Shown piece by piece: positions 1 through 11,160 of a stretch of DNA of 64,000 bases (position 1 is its first letter; every line of letters begins with the position of its first letter). A program made the translations under genes and the position numbers. Origin of the DNA: an uncultured Spirochaetota bacterium (lineage in GTDB: Bacteria; Spirochaetota; Spirochaetia; SZUA-6; Fen-1364); NCBI GenBank assembly GCA_963745235.1, contig CAVUXE010000053.1:64001-128000 (forward strand). Reading direction: 5' to 3'. Under the pieces are notes generated by a model, which saw only the letters and a program-made list of their open reading frames with translations, ran no database searches and was not told where the DNA came from.

Positions 1-1
1 A

Positions 2-175
2 ACCTTCGGGCTGAACAGCTACTACCAGCAGGGGCCGAATGGCCCCGGCGTCTATGGGAGCAGCGTGGCAAGGACGGGGCTCAGCGGATTCGGAATCGAC
101 GGGCTGCAGCTCAGGCTGGCGCCGGTTGAAAACCTGCTTTTCGGGATCGTGATGCCCTACAACATCAGCGGGTTG
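2..175 (+). other. Partial coding fragment of a probable outer-membrane beta-barrel protein (enters from the window edge)
   Basis: Open frame TFGLNSYYQQ...GIDGLQLRLAPVENLLFGIVMPYNISG has amphipathic beta-strand character. After about 175 it runs into the antisense of another gene start. Confidence 0.35.
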
Positions 176-273
176 AGGTGGACCGTTTCCCCGACCTTGT
201 CCTGGGCGAGCGCCGGGGAAGATGCCGCGAGGATGATTGCAGCGAAGATGAGAAGCGAGCGCTTGGCCGCCAT
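157..273 (-). pseudogene. Truncated 5' end of a secreted protein (signal peptide plus a few residues)
   Basis: AAGGGG RBS-like motif, then MAAKRSLLIFAAIILAASSPALA-QDKVGETVHL (classic Sec signal), stop after 38 aa. Confidence 0.4.
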
Positions 274-336
274 TCCGCACCCCCTTTTCGGTCGAGCTAG
301 AAAATAGCGACCCGGGGCGGGCGGGGAAGCCTTTCC

Positions 337-615
337 CTACTCCTTGCGGCCGGTCAGCCGGATGATGTGATACCCGAAGGAGGACGAGACGACGTCGCTC
401 GTCGAGCCCGGGGACAGTCTCTTGCAGGCGTTCTCGAAGGCCGGTACCATTTTGCCCGGCCCGAACCATCCCAGGTCTCCGCCGCGCGACTTGGAGGGGC
501 ACACCGAGTGCTCGCGGGCAATCGTCTCGAAGCTTGCCCCCTGCTTGACCCGCCTGAGAAGCTCGTCCGCCAGCTTCTTTTCCTTGACCAGTATGTGGCT
601 TGCGCGCCATTCCAT
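337..615 (-). CDS. ppiC: Parvulin-type peptidyl-prolyl cis-trans isomerase
   Basis: RASHILV, CPSKSRGGDLGWF, MVPAFE and FGYHII rotamase motifs; about 92 aa. Confidence 0.95.
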   Translation of the reverse strand: MEWRASHILVKEKKLADELLRRVKQGASFETIAREHSVCPSKSRGGDLGWFGPGKMVPAFENACKRLSPGSTSDVVSSSFGYHIIRLTGRKE

Positions 616-688
616 GGCGTCCACTATAGAACATTTGCGCCCGGAGTTCCACTTGTGCTCACGTCGCTGGGTGATTTACAATTATGTC

Positions 689-1496
689 ATGGTGACTGAG
701 ATCCTGCGGCCGCAGAGCGTTCAGGAAGCCCTGAAGGCGAGATCCTTGCCTCACTGCGCGTACCTCGGCGGCGGCACGTGGCTGAATGCCTCACGGTCGG
801 AGACACCGGTAACGCTCATCTCCCTGGAAAAACTGGGGCTCCAGGGGATTGCAGCGGATCAGGGGCGCTGCGTGATCGGCGCAAGCGCCACGTTGCAACA
901 GGTGGTGGATCACGGCGGCGTGCCGGAAGCCGTCCGAAGCGCTTCAGCCCTGACTGCCTCCCGGACCCTTCGCAACATGATCACAATTGGCGGCGAGCTT
1001 GCGCTCCATCCCGCGGATTCTGCTCTTGTCCCCGTCCTCCTGGCCCTGGGGGCGCAGCTGTCCGTTGCGGGACGAAAGAAACCCGTCTCCCTGCATGCGT
1101 TCCTTTCTGACCGTTCGTTCGCCGGGACCAGCCTGGTTCTCTCCGTTTCGATCCCCGAGCCGCGTCGCAAAGCGGCCGTCCGCGCCGTCTCGCGGACATC
1201 CCACAGCAGCAGGAGCCTCGTGGTTGCCGCGAGCGCGGAAGCGCTTCTGCCCGTTGTCGTGGATTTGCGGCTCATTGCTCTCCGATTGCCGGGGGTCCAT
1301 CGTGCGCCTGACGAAGCTGGAAGCGGCCCTTGCGGGCCGGCCGCTTCCGCCCCGCTCGGACGTAGAAGCGGCTGCGGAGGCGGAGCTTCCTCAGCAGGCG
1401 GATATCCATGCCTCCTCCCAGTACAAGGCGTACATGACGCGTGTTCTTGCGGCGGATGTGCTGCGCGAGATGGCAGGCGGGAAAGGCGTTGTATGA
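689..1496 (+). CDS. ygfM: FAD-binding subunit of molybdopterin oxidoreductase (YgfM-like); frameshift near 1290
   Basis: YLGGGTWLN and LRNMITIGG motifs; the C-terminus ADIHASSQYKAY is in another frame ending at 1496; overlaps the xdhD start. Confidence 0.8.
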
Positions 1497-4309
1497 AGCT
1501 CACCTTTACGCTCAACGGTTCATGCCGCGTGGTTTCAGCGGAGCCGGGTGAGAGCCTCCAGGTCCTCCTGCAGCGCACCGGCATTCCCTCGGTGCGCTCC
1601 AGCGATGACGGAGAAGGCTTTTCGGGCAGCGACACGATACTCTTCGACGGCAAGGCGGTCCTTGCGGGTCTCATGGTCGCCGGTCAGGCAGAAGGCCATT
1701 CCATCGAAACAGTGGAGAGCTTGAGCAAGGACTCACGACTTTCCGTTCTCCAGCAGTCGATGATCGACGCGGGGGTGGTTCAATCCGCCTACAACGCTCC
1801 TGCCGCCGCCTTGCTCCTGGAGGACCTTCTCCGGCGCAACCAGGCTCCGACTGAGGAAGATATTCGCGACGCTCTCTCCGGGCTGTTCAGCCGTGCAACC
1901 GGCTACAAGCAGTTCTTCCTGGCGGTGGAGCTGGCCCGAAAACGCCGGCAGGACCAGGGCTGGAACCAGCCGGTTGCCCCCGCGTTCCGCGACGACCTGC
2001 GCGTCATCGGCAAATCGCACAGGAAGATCGACGGGGTGAAGCTTGCGGCGGGCATGAAGGCCTACGTCGAGGATCGGGTGGAGACGGGCAGCTGCGTCCT
2101 CGTCATGCTTCGAAGCCCGCACGCGCACGCGTTCATCAGGCACATCGACACCGCGGAGGCGCAGCGGCTTCCCGGGGTGGCGCTGGTGATCGACTACCGC
2201 AATTGTCCCGACGTTGCGTACGGCCAGGCAGGCCAGGGTTTTCCGGAGCCTTCGCCCTACGACTACCGCATGTTCAGCCGCACCGTGCGGCACATGGGGG
2301 ACAGGGTTGCAGCCGTGGTGGCGGATGATGCAGAGACTGCCCGTCGGGCCCTTGAGCTGATCCGCGTAGAGTACGACGTCATCCCCCCCGTGCTCTCCCT
2401 TGAAGATGCCATGGGCGGCACGCTTACGCCCGTCCACGCGGACCATCTCCAGGAGATCGTGTACCAGTTCTCCATCGGCGCGGAGGCGGCAAGGAATCTC
2501 GCGGCAAGCGCATCCGGAGGCACAGGGGATGTGGAGGCGGGTTTTCAGCAGGCGGATGCGGTCATCGAGCGCAGCTACTCGACCAGCCGGGTCCAGTGCA
2601 CGCCCCTGGAGCCGCACGTCGTCTACACGAAAATGGATGGTGATCGCCTGATCGTCCACGCCTCCACGCAGGTGCCGTGGCACCTGCGTCGGATCGTTGC
2701 GCGCGTGCTCGCGATGCCGGAGAACAGGATCAGAGTCATCAAGGAGCGCGTGGGCGGAGGCTACGGGAGCAAGCAGGACATCCTCCTGGAAGAGGTGTGC
2801 GCCTTGGCCACCGTGCGCACCGGAAGGCCTGTCCTGTACAAGTACACGCGGGAGGAAGAGTTCATTGCGGCCACGACGCGGCATCCTTTCCGGATCACGG
2901 TGAAGATGGGCGCGAAGAAGGACGGCACCCTCACGGCGATCCGGATGTCCGCGGACGCGGACACGGGAGCCTACGGAGAGCACTGCCTGACCGTCCCCAT
3001 GAACGCATGCTCCAAGTCTCTGCCCCTCTTCCGCTGCCCCAACATGGCCTTCGAGGTGCGAAGCTGGTACACGAACCACGTGCCCTCCGGCGCCTACCAG
3101 GGCTACGGCGCGCCGCAGGGCTCCTTCGCCCTGCAGATGGCGGCCGCGGAGCTGGCTGATGCGCTCGGGATGGACCTTGTGAGCTTCCTCGACAGGAACC
3201 ACGTCCGGGAGGGAGACGTCCTGGAGATCCTGAAGAGCCTCGGTGAGGGCAGGGAGGGCGCGGCGGCGCACGTGCGCAGCTGCGGCCTGGAACGCGCGCT
3301 CGCCGAGGGCGCCGGAGCATCGGGTGGGGTTGCCCGACGGAAGACGCCGGCGCGGATCCCGACGTGCGCATCGGCAAGGGCGTGGCCATCATCCAGCAGG
3401 GCTCGGGACTGCCCGGGGCTTGACCAGGCGTGCGCCGATGTGAGGCTCCTTTCGGACGGAACGTTCATGGTGCATTCCGGGGGCGCTGACATAGGCATGG
3501 GCCTGGATACGGTGCTTGCCAAGGTGGTTGCAGAGACCCTGTGCTGCGGCATGGACACGGTGTCCGTCATCTCCGGAGACACGGACACGACTCCGTTCGA
3601 CAAGGGGGCATATGCCTCCAGCGGCACCTATTTCAGCGGCAACGCTTCTCTGAAGGCGGCGCAGGCTTTGCGGGACAGGATCCTCCAGGTTGCCGCGACA
3701 ATGCTCAAGGAGCCTGTCAGCGGGCTTGCCCTCTCATTCCCCGGCATCGTCGAGGGAAAGAACGGGGCCGTTGACTTTGCCCGGATAGCCCACCACTGCC
3801 AGGGCGGCGAGGGGCCGGGCGAGCTCGTCGGGCACGCATCATTCACCACGGATGATGCCGCGTTCCCGTACGCCGCGCATTTCTGCGAGGTGGCGGTCAA
3901 CGTCCGCACGGGAGCGGTGGAAGTGCGCCGCTACCATGCCATCACGGATTGCGGCACGCCCATCAATCCCGAGCTGGCCCAGGGACAGGTATACGGGGCG
4001 ATTCTCAAGTCCATCGGGCACGCGCTGTACGAGGACATGGTCTTCGACGAGCAGGGACGGTGCCTCACAACCACGCTTGCCGATTACGGTGCGCCCATGA
4101 TCCAGGAGCTGCCGCGGGAGCTTGACGTGAGGTTCGTGGAAACGGATGATCCCTTCGGGCCGTTCGGGGGCAAGAGCGTCTCCGAGATCAGCATGAACGG
4201 GGCCGCGCCCGCCCTCGCCACCGCCATCCACGCCGCAACGGGCGTCTGGATGCGGGACTGGCCAATGACGCCGGAGAAGATACTGAGAGCACTGGGGAGG
4301 ATCAGGTGA
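1493..4309 (+). CDS. xdhD: XdhD-type molybdenum hydroxylase (degenerate Fe-S domain fused to Mo-binding domains)
   Basis: MKLTFTLNG...VRSSDDGEGFSGSD resembles E. coli XdhD; STQVP, VGGGYGSKQ, YQGYGAPQ, AYASSGT and GGKSVSE Moco motifs; short off-frame stretch at about 3320-3410. Confidence 0.9.
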   Translation: MKLTFTLNGSCRVVSAEPGESLQVLLQRTGIPSVRSSDDGEGFSGSDTILFDGKAVLAGLMVAGQAEGHSIETVESLSKDSRLSVLQQSMIDAGVVQSAYNAPAAALLLEDLLRRNQAPTEEDIRDALSGLFSRATGYKQFFLAVELARKRRQDQGWNQPVAPAFRDDLRVIGKSHRKIDGVKLAAGMKAYVEDRVETGSCVLVMLRSPHAHAFIRHIDTAEAQRLPGVALVIDYRNCPDVAYGQAGQGFPEPSPYDYRMFSRTVRHMGDRVAAVVADDAETARRALELIRVEYDVIPPVLSLEDAMGGTLTPVHADHLQEIVYQFSIGAEAARNLAASASGGTGDVEAGFQQADAVIERSYSTSRVQCTPLEPHVVYTKMDGDRLIVHASTQVPWHLRRIVARVLAMPENRIRVIKERVGGGYGSKQDILLEEVCALATVRTGRPVLYKYTREEEFIAATTRHPFRITVKMGAKKDGTLTAIRMSADADTGAYGEHCLTVPMNACSKSLPLFRCPNMAFEVRSWYTNHVPSGAYQGYGAPQGSFALQMAAAELADALGMDLVSFLDRNHVREGDVLEILKSLGEGREGAAAHVRSCGLERALAEGAGASGGVARRKTPARIPTCASARAWPSSSRARDCPGLDQACADVRLLSDGTFMVHSGGADIGMGLDTVLAKVVAETLCCGMDTVSVISGDTDTTPFDKGAYASSGTYFSGNASLKAAQALRDRILQVAATMLKEPVSGLALSFPGIVEGKNGAVDFARIAHHCQGGEGPGELVGHASFTTDDAAFPYAAHFCEVAVNVRTGAVEVRRYHAITDCGTPINPELAQGQVYGAILKSIGHALYEDMVFDEQGRCLTTTLADYGAPMIQELPRELDVRFVETDDPFGPFGGKSVSEISMNGAAPALATAIHAATGVWMRDWPMTPEKILRALGRIR

Positions 4310-5506
4310 TCACCATAACGCCGCATGACATCCAGAGACGGATCGACGCGCTGGGCAGGAAGACTGCTGCCGGGCTGCACGGGAAGGACTTCTTTCTCAC
4401 CTGGGACAAGACCCGGGAGGAGCTGGAGGCCATCCTGGAGATCGCGTCCATCCTCAAGGAGCTCCGCTCCAACAACATCTCCCCAAGGATCTGGGATTCC
4501 GGGCTGGCGGTCTCCCAGTTCCGTGACAACTCCACCCGCACCCGCTTCAGCTTCGCTTCCGCAAGCAACCTCCTGGGGCTCACGGTTTCCGACCTGGACG
4601 AAGGCAAGTCGCAGATAGCGCACGGGGAGACGGTGCGCGAGACGGCCACCATGATCTCCTTCATGGCGGAGGTCATTGGCATCCGTGACGACATGTACAT
4701 CGGGAAGGGCCACACGTACATGTTGAACGTTGCCGAGGCGGTGGAACAGAGCTACCGTGACGGCGTCCTGGAGCAGCGTCCCACGGTGGTCAACCTCCAG
4801 TGCGACATCGATCACCCCACGCAGACAATGGCGGACTTCCTCCATCTCGTGACAGAGCTGGGCGGCATCGAAAAGCTCAAGGGAAAGAAGGTGGCAATGA
4901 GCTGGGCCTACTCTCCCTCCTATGGAAAGCCGCTCTCCGTGCCCCAGGGCGTCATAGGCCTTTTCACCCGGTTCGGCATGGACGTTTCCCTCGCCTACCC
5001 GGAGGGCTATTCCCTCATGCCGGACGTGGTCGCCCAGGCGAGGAAGTCCGCAGCCTCCTCGGGAGGGAGCTTCCACATCAGCTCGTCCATGGAAGAGGCG
5101 TTCGAGGGGGCCGACATCGTATACCCGAAGAGCTGGGCGCCGTTTGCGGTGATGGAGGAGCGGACGAAGATCGTGGAGACGCGGGACACCAAGGCGCTTG
5201 CAGAGCTGGAGAAGCGGTGTCTTGCCAACAACGCCAGGTTCAAGAGTTGGGAGTGCACGGAGCAGCTCATGGCGCGGACCAACAGCGCCCTCTACCTCCA
5301 TTGCTCTCCCCGCCGACATCACGGGGGTGAGCTGTCCGGAAGGGGAGGTTTCCGCCTCGGTCTTCGAGCGCTTCCGGACCCCGCTGTACCGCCAGGCCGG
5401 CTACAAGCCGTACGTCATCGCAGCAATGATGCTGGGGTCACGCATTGCTGATCCCGCTGAGCGCCTCTCTTCGATTCTCGACCGGGCGGAGAGCCGGGTG
5501 CGCTGA
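4306..5506 (+). CDS. ygeW: Knotted carbamoyltransferase YgeW; frameshift near 5305
   Basis: FRDNSTRTRFSF, LQCDIDHPTQ, WAYSPSYGKPLSVPQG and YPKSW; C-terminus LPADITGVSC...AGYKPYVIAAM in a second frame. Confidence 0.92.
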
Positions 5507-5519
5507 GACTCCGGGGAAG

Positions 5520-8022
5520 ATGCGTCACCCACGTCCCCGCGGGGCCGCTTTCGCGCTTCTGGCCCTCGGGGTGCTCCTCTCGTCACCGCGGACCCTGCCG
5601 GCGCAGGAGCCAGGCCGCTCCCCCTCCCAAACCCCCGTTTCGCGAATCACGGTCGTCCTGGATGACGCCTACCCGCCGTACGTGTTCCGCGACGAGGGCG
5701 GAAACCTGCGCGGGGTCCTGGTGGACGACTGGCGATTGTGGGAGGAGAAAACAGGGGTCGCCGTCACCCTTGTGGGAACCGACTGGGACAAGGCGCTGTG
5801 GTTCATGGACCACGGGGACGCGGACGTCATTGACGGCATCTTCCTGACGCCGCGAAGGGCTGCGCTGTACGACTTCTCCCCGCCCTACGCGCGGATCGAG
5901 GTGCCGGTGTTTTTTCCCCGGGAGATCGGAGGCATCACGAATGATCCCCGCTCTCTTCTGGGCTTCACTGTCGGGGTGAAAAGCGGAGACGCGGCAGTGG
6001 CCTTCCTGCGGCAGGCGGGAGTCACATCCCTGGACGAGTTCCCCACCTACCGGGGCCTCGTCAAGGCTGCCGCGGAGAAGCGCATCAAGGTCTTCTGCGC
6101 TGACCTTCCTCCGGCTCTGTACTACCTCTACAAGATGGATCTGGAGGGTGACTTCCGCAGAAGCGCTCCCCTTTACATCGGGGAGTTGCACCGGGCTGTT
6201 CACAAGGGCAACCACGCCCTGCTTTCCCTTGTGGAGGAAGGCTTCTCCCGGATCACGCCCTCGGAGAATCGCGAGATCGAGAGACGGTGGCTGGGGACGC
6301 CCATTCAGCGCATGATCTATTACCAGTATGGCGCCTACGCGCTGGCCGCCGCGCTTGGCGCAGGGGCCCTCCTGCTCGGGCTCGTCCTGCTTGCCGTGGC
6401 CTTGCGCCGGCGGATCAGGGCGCGCACCGTTGAGCTGCGGGCCACCATGGAGGAGCTTCGACGGAGCGAAGCGCAGTTCCGCCTGCTCGCGGAGAATGCT
6501 GATGACGTCATTTGGACCATGGATCTGCAGGGGCGTTTCACGTACATCAGCCCCTCGGTCCAGAAGCTGCGAGGCTACACTCCCCAGGAAGTGATGGACC
6601 AATCCCTGGAGAAAGCTCTCACTCCCGACTCACTCCTGCTCGTGCAGGGCCTCATCGATGAGCTTTCCCGACGGATCGGGGAAGGGCAGCGTGACTTCGA
6701 CCTCCCGCCGCAGGAGGTGGAACAGCCCTGCAAAGACGGCAGCACGGTGTGGACGGAAGTGATCGTCACCCCGCTCTTCGACGAAGGGGGGAGCTTCCTC
6801 CGCCTCCTGGGCATTACGCGCGATATCAGCGAACGGCGCCGGAGGGAAGACGCCCAACGCGCTCTGGAGGCCCAGATGCTGCAGGCGCAGAAGCTGGAGA
6901 GCCTCGGCGTCCTGGCCGGCGGGATTGCGCATGACTTCAACAACATCCTGACCTCCATCCTGGGAAACGCGGAGCTCGCCCAAGGTGACCTGCCTGCCGC
7001 CTCCCCCGCCCGCGAAAGGATCAGAAGCATCGACGAAGCGTCACGGAGGGCCGCTGACCTGTGCCGCCAGATGCTCGCATACTCCGGGAGAGCGCGGGTC
7101 GTCGTGGAATCAGTCGACATCTCCGCGCTGGTGCGCGGGATGACGCACATGGTGCAGGTCTCCGTGTCCAAAAAAGCGACCCTGCGCTCGGCACTTCCGG
7201 ACGGCCTCCCCCTGGTGACGGCGGATGCGACGCAGATCCGCCAGATCGTAATGAACCTGATCATCAACGCCTCGGAGGCCCTTGGCGCGGAGGTGGGAGA
7301 CGTCTCCGTGGCCACGGGGGTCAGGGACTGCACGGCGGAGTACCTTGCCGGATGTTTCCCGGGAGGCCCGCTGCCCGGAGGGGCCCTACGTGTACATCCA
7401 GGTGGATGACACCGGGATCGGGATGGATGAGGCCACGATCCCGAAAATTTTCGACCCCTTTTTCTCGACCAAGTTCACCGGCCGCGGGCTCGGACTGGCT
7501 GCCGTGCTGGGGATCGTCCGGGCCCACAAGGGGGCAATCCGGGTGACAAGCGTTCCCGGCAAGGGGACGACTTTCCGCGCGTACCTTCCCGTGGCTTCGA
7601 AAGGCCCTCACGATCAAGCACTGCGCCCCAGGCGCTCCCCGGAATGGAAAGGCAGCGGCACTGTCCTTCTGGTCGACGACGAGGAGACGGTCCTTGCCGT
7701 CGGGAAGGTGATGCTGGAAAGGATCGGCTTCACCGTGATAACGGCCACCGACGGGATCCAGGCGCTCACGATGTTTCGCGACCACAGGGCTGAGGTGGCC
7801 TGCGTCATCCTGGACCTGACGATGCCTCGCATGGACGGGGCGGAGACCTTCCGGGAGCTGCGCGCCATTGATTCCCGTGTTCGTGTCGCGGTCTCCACGG
7901 GCTATGGCGAGCAGGAAGTGGCCGCCCGTTTCGCGGGAGACGGCCCCGCGGTCATCATCCAGAAGCCGTATCGAAAGGCTGAGCTGGCGCGGGCCCTGGA
8001 GACTCTCCTGGGACGCAGCTGA
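5520..8022 (+). CDS. Hybrid sensor kinase (periplasmic amino-acid-binding domain, TM, PAS, HisKA, HATPase, REC); frameshift near 7380
   Basis: [12 protein letters not shown] domain, PAS (FTYISPSV), [14 protein letters not shown]-box, DTGIGM and GRGLGL G-boxes, LLVDDE and LDLTMP receiver. Confidence 0.9.
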
Positions 8023-8049
8023 GCGTCGCGGCGCCGGAAAGATGACCCA

Positions 8050-8079
8050 TGGCAACCGCACCCATCGGCCGGCTATAAT
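8050..8079 (+). promoter_or_regulatory. Sigma70-like promoter of pfkA-GAPOR (probably leaderless)
   Basis: TGGCAA-18 nt-TATAAT (8074-8079), 5 nt before ATG 8085, no SD. Confidence 0.55.
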
Positions 8080-8084
8080 GGCTT

Positions 8085-9215
8085 ATGGCAAAAAAGACGC
8101 GCATCGGGATCCTCACGGCAGGCGGTGACAGCCCCGGGTTGAACGCGGCCATCCGTGGGGTCGGGAAGGCGGCGCTGGGGCACTACGGGATGGAGTTCAT
8201 CGGCTTCCGCGACGGGTTCCGCGGGCTGGCGGAGAACCGTACCATGCAGCTGGACAAGACCACCTTGTCAGGCATCCTCACTGTCGGCGGCACCATCCTG
8301 GGAACGAGCAGGGACAAGCCGCACCGAATGGAAATCAACGGCCAGGCCCGCGACATGACGGCGGAGATCGTCGATGTCTGCAGAAAGAACAGCCTGAACG
8401 TCCTGGTATGCCTGGGCGGCGGAGGGACCCAGCGCAACGCCTTGCGGCTGGTGAAGGCCGGGCTCCCCGTGATAACGCTGCCCAAGACAATCGACAACGA
8501 TGTCGCCCTGACGGATGCGACCTTCGGATTCGACACGGCCATGGGGATCGCCACAGACGCCATTGACCGGCTGCACAGCACGGCGCACAGCCACCACCGC
8601 ATCGTCGTGGTGGAGGTCATGGGCAACCGGGCCGGGTGGCTCGCGCTCGGGGCCGGGATCGCCGGCGGCGCTGACGTGATTCTGATCCCGGAGATTCCCT
8701 ACGAGGTGGGCAGCATAGCGCAGGCAATCCGGGAGCGCAGCAGGCATGGCACGAACTTCAGCATCGTGGCGGTGGCCGAAGGCGCCATGAGCGGCGCGGA
8801 CTGGCACACGCGGCGGGCCGCGGAGCAGAAAAGGGCGGCGGCGCAGACCGAGACTGACCGGCAGGCCGCGCGCCTGGAGCTGGGAACGCTGGATACCCAC
8901 CATGAGGGCAACACAATGAGGCTCGCCCGGCAGCTGGAGGAGCTGACGGGCCTGGAATCACGCGTCACCATCCTGGGCTACGTCCAACGGGGAGGCACCC
9001 CCTCTCCCGCGGATCGCCTGCTGGCTACCCGCCTCGGGACCGCCTGCGCGGATTTCATCGCCCAGGGAGCTTTCGGCGTCATGGTGGCCGCCCGCGGGGA
9101 AGGAGTGGCCCCCGTGCCGATAGAGGAAGTTGCCGGAAAAGTGAAGACGGTTCCCCCGGACCATCCCTGGATCCAGACCGCGAGGCGGGTAGGGACCTGC
9201 CTCGGAGACCAATAG
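8085..9215 (+). CDS. pfkA: 6-phosphofructokinase (group III type, probably ATP-dependent)
   Basis: [36 protein letters not shown] and LGYVQRGG motifs. Confidence 0.95.
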   Translation: MAKKTRIGILTAGGDSPGLNAAIRGVGKAALGHYGMEFIGFRDGFRGLAENRTMQLDKTTLSGILTVGGTILGTSRDKPHRMEINGQARDMTAEIVDVCRKNSLNVLVCLGGGGTQRNALRLVKAGLPVITLPKTIDNDVALTDATFGFDTAMGIATDAIDRLHSTAHSHHRIVVVEVMGNRAGWLALGAGIAGGADVILIPEIPYEVGSIAQAIRERSRHGTNFSIVAVAEGAMSGADWHTRRAAEQKRAAAQTETDRQAARLELGTLDTHHEGNTMRLARQLEELTGLESRVTILGYVQRGGTPSPADRLLATRLGTACADFIAQGAFGVMVAARGEGVAPVPIEEVAGKVKTVPPDHPWIQTARRVGTCLGDQ

Positions 9216-11084
9216 ATGGACCAGAAGGTGCTCCTGATCGATGCGCACACGGGCTTCTACAGGGTCCGCCGCTACGAGGTCGGGAGATTCTTTGGACCCG
9301 TTGACCTCGGTCTCCACCTTTCCTCCCACACGCAGTCCCTGAACATCGGCGTGGGCCTCCTCGCCGGCTCGATTTTCCCGGCTCGAACCGCCTCTTCGTG
9401 ACCGGGTTCTCCCCGTGCTGGCGCGGTTTCTTTGTCTCGTCCATGGGAGGTGCCGGCCTCGTGTTCGACAACCTCGGGCTGAACATGGTGTCCCTCATCG
9501 GCAAGGCGCCCCTCCCTTCCATCCTGTACCTGAACCGAAACCGCGGGGAGGAAGTGGAAGTGGAGCTCCTGCCCGTGCAGGCAACCGAGGTCTGGGCGCA
9601 CGGCCGGGGAGGCGCTTACGCGCTCATGGACCACGTGCACACGCTTCTCGGAGGCCGCTATGCAACCGACCCTCGGGTCCTCGCAACAGGACCGGCCGCG
9701 CTCTCCACGGACATGGGCGGCATTCTCTCGGTGCCTGTGGTCCAGGGAAAGCTCACCGCCGTGGATACCTGGGCCGGTCGGGGCGGCATGGGCAGCAAGA
9801 TGCTCCAGGAGCACGGGATTGCCGCCGTCATATTCGGCGGGACCTACGTGGATGAGGACTTCCGTGACAGGAAGGTGGCAGACGAGTGGTTCGAGGCCAA
9901 GTACAAGCAGCGGCTGCTTGCCAAGGACATGGAGGCAACCACCAAGTACCGCTACGACCCGAAGTTCGATACGGGAGGGACCTTCGGGGTGAACTACGCC
10001 GGGGTGAAGGGCCGCCTCATTGCCTTCAATTACAAGTCCCTCCTGCAGACGGAGGACAGCCGTCTGGAGCTGCACGAGAGGCTTATCCGGAATCACTACC
10101 TCGCGCAGTTCAACGAAGAGACAATCGTGCCCCGCCGGCAGCACACCTGCGGCGAGCCATGCTCCGCGGTGTGCAAGAAGATGAAGGATGACTACAAGAA
10201 GGACTACGAGCCCTATCAGGCCATGGGTCCCCTGTGCGGGGTCTTCGATCAGCGCGCCGCGGAAAAGCTCTGCCATCACGCGGACGTCCTGGGGTTTGAC
10301 GCAATCTCTGCCCGGCGGCGTCCTGGCCTGGATGATGGAGATGCTGGAGGAGGGGCAGCTCACCCAGGAGGATCTCGGCGTTTCGCGGCTGCCGCGGTGG
10401 CGGGTGGAAGGGTTCGACCCCGCGGCAGATTCCCTGCACAACGCGGAGCTGGGTGTGGAGCTCCTCGATTCCATCGTCATGTGCCGGGGAGTGGTGGACC
10501 TGTCGCAGGGAGCACGCAAGTGGGGGCGGCAGCTTTCACGGGCGCGCGGCAAGCGGCTCCTGGACAGCTTCGTGTACGTCGCCTTCGGGCGCCAGGGATG
10601 GATGGTCCCCAACCAGTACTGGGCTCCGGGGGTCCTTGCGCCCATGCCCATCATGGGGAAGTACTACATGTACTACGGCTTTGCCTTCGCGCCGCCGCGC
10701 ACGCTCGGCCGCCTGTGCGCGGAGAGGTTCCAGAAGGAGCTTCTCCTTGATACGGCTGGTTTCTGCCGGTTCCATCGCGGCTGGGCGGAGGAGACCGCTG
10801 CTGAGATATTCGGAAGCATTTTCGGCAAGAAAGATGAGCTCATAGAATCAACGGCGGTCACGGCGAGCAGGATAAACTCCCGCAACGCATCCGTATACTG
10901 GGAATCGGAGCGGAACGTCGACTTCGTGCTGTCCTTCCTGCGCCGGGCGCGCGACGTGGAAGGGGAGACGGATCCCGAGCTCGTGTCGTGGATCCAGCGC
11001 TTCGAGAAAGACCGGAAAGAGGCGGCGCTGGACTGGTGGTTCGAAGTGCGCAAGGGCGTGGATGAGAGCCTGAGGGAGTTCTGA
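9216..11084 (+). CDS. Glyceraldehyde-3-phosphate:ferredoxin oxidoreductase (GAPOR)-like W/Mo-pterin enzyme, AOR family; frameshifts near 9380 and 10310
   Basis: Joined frames give about 620 aa with SSMGGAG, WAGRGG, TTKYRYDPKFDTGGTFG, CGEPCSAVCKK, YEPY, GFDAIS and GFCRFHRGW, matching motifs I recall for archaeal GAPOR. Confidence 0.8.
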
Positions 11085-11125
11085 GGCGACAGCGATCCGA
11101 CGACGGGCCGTCGACGCTTCCTTCG

Positions 11126-11154
11126 TTGCATAGACCTCCGATCCGGCTTACACT
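11126..11154 (+). promoter_or_regulatory. Promoter of the MNT-HEPN operon (probably leaderless)
   Basis: TTGCAT-17 nt-TACACT, 6 nt before ATG 11161. Confidence 0.6.
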
Positions 11155-11160
11155 TCCCTT

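Noticed and set aside
1493-1950. Loss of 2Fe-2S cysteines in XdhD as a novelty
   Set aside because: As I recall, E. coli XdhD has the same Cys-less N-terminal domain, so it is a family trait.
422-4309. Apparent 1295-aa FAD + Fe-S + Mo fusion protein
   Set aside because: A frameshift near 1290 artificially joins ygfM to xdhD; the true ygfM end is in another frame (stop at 1496).
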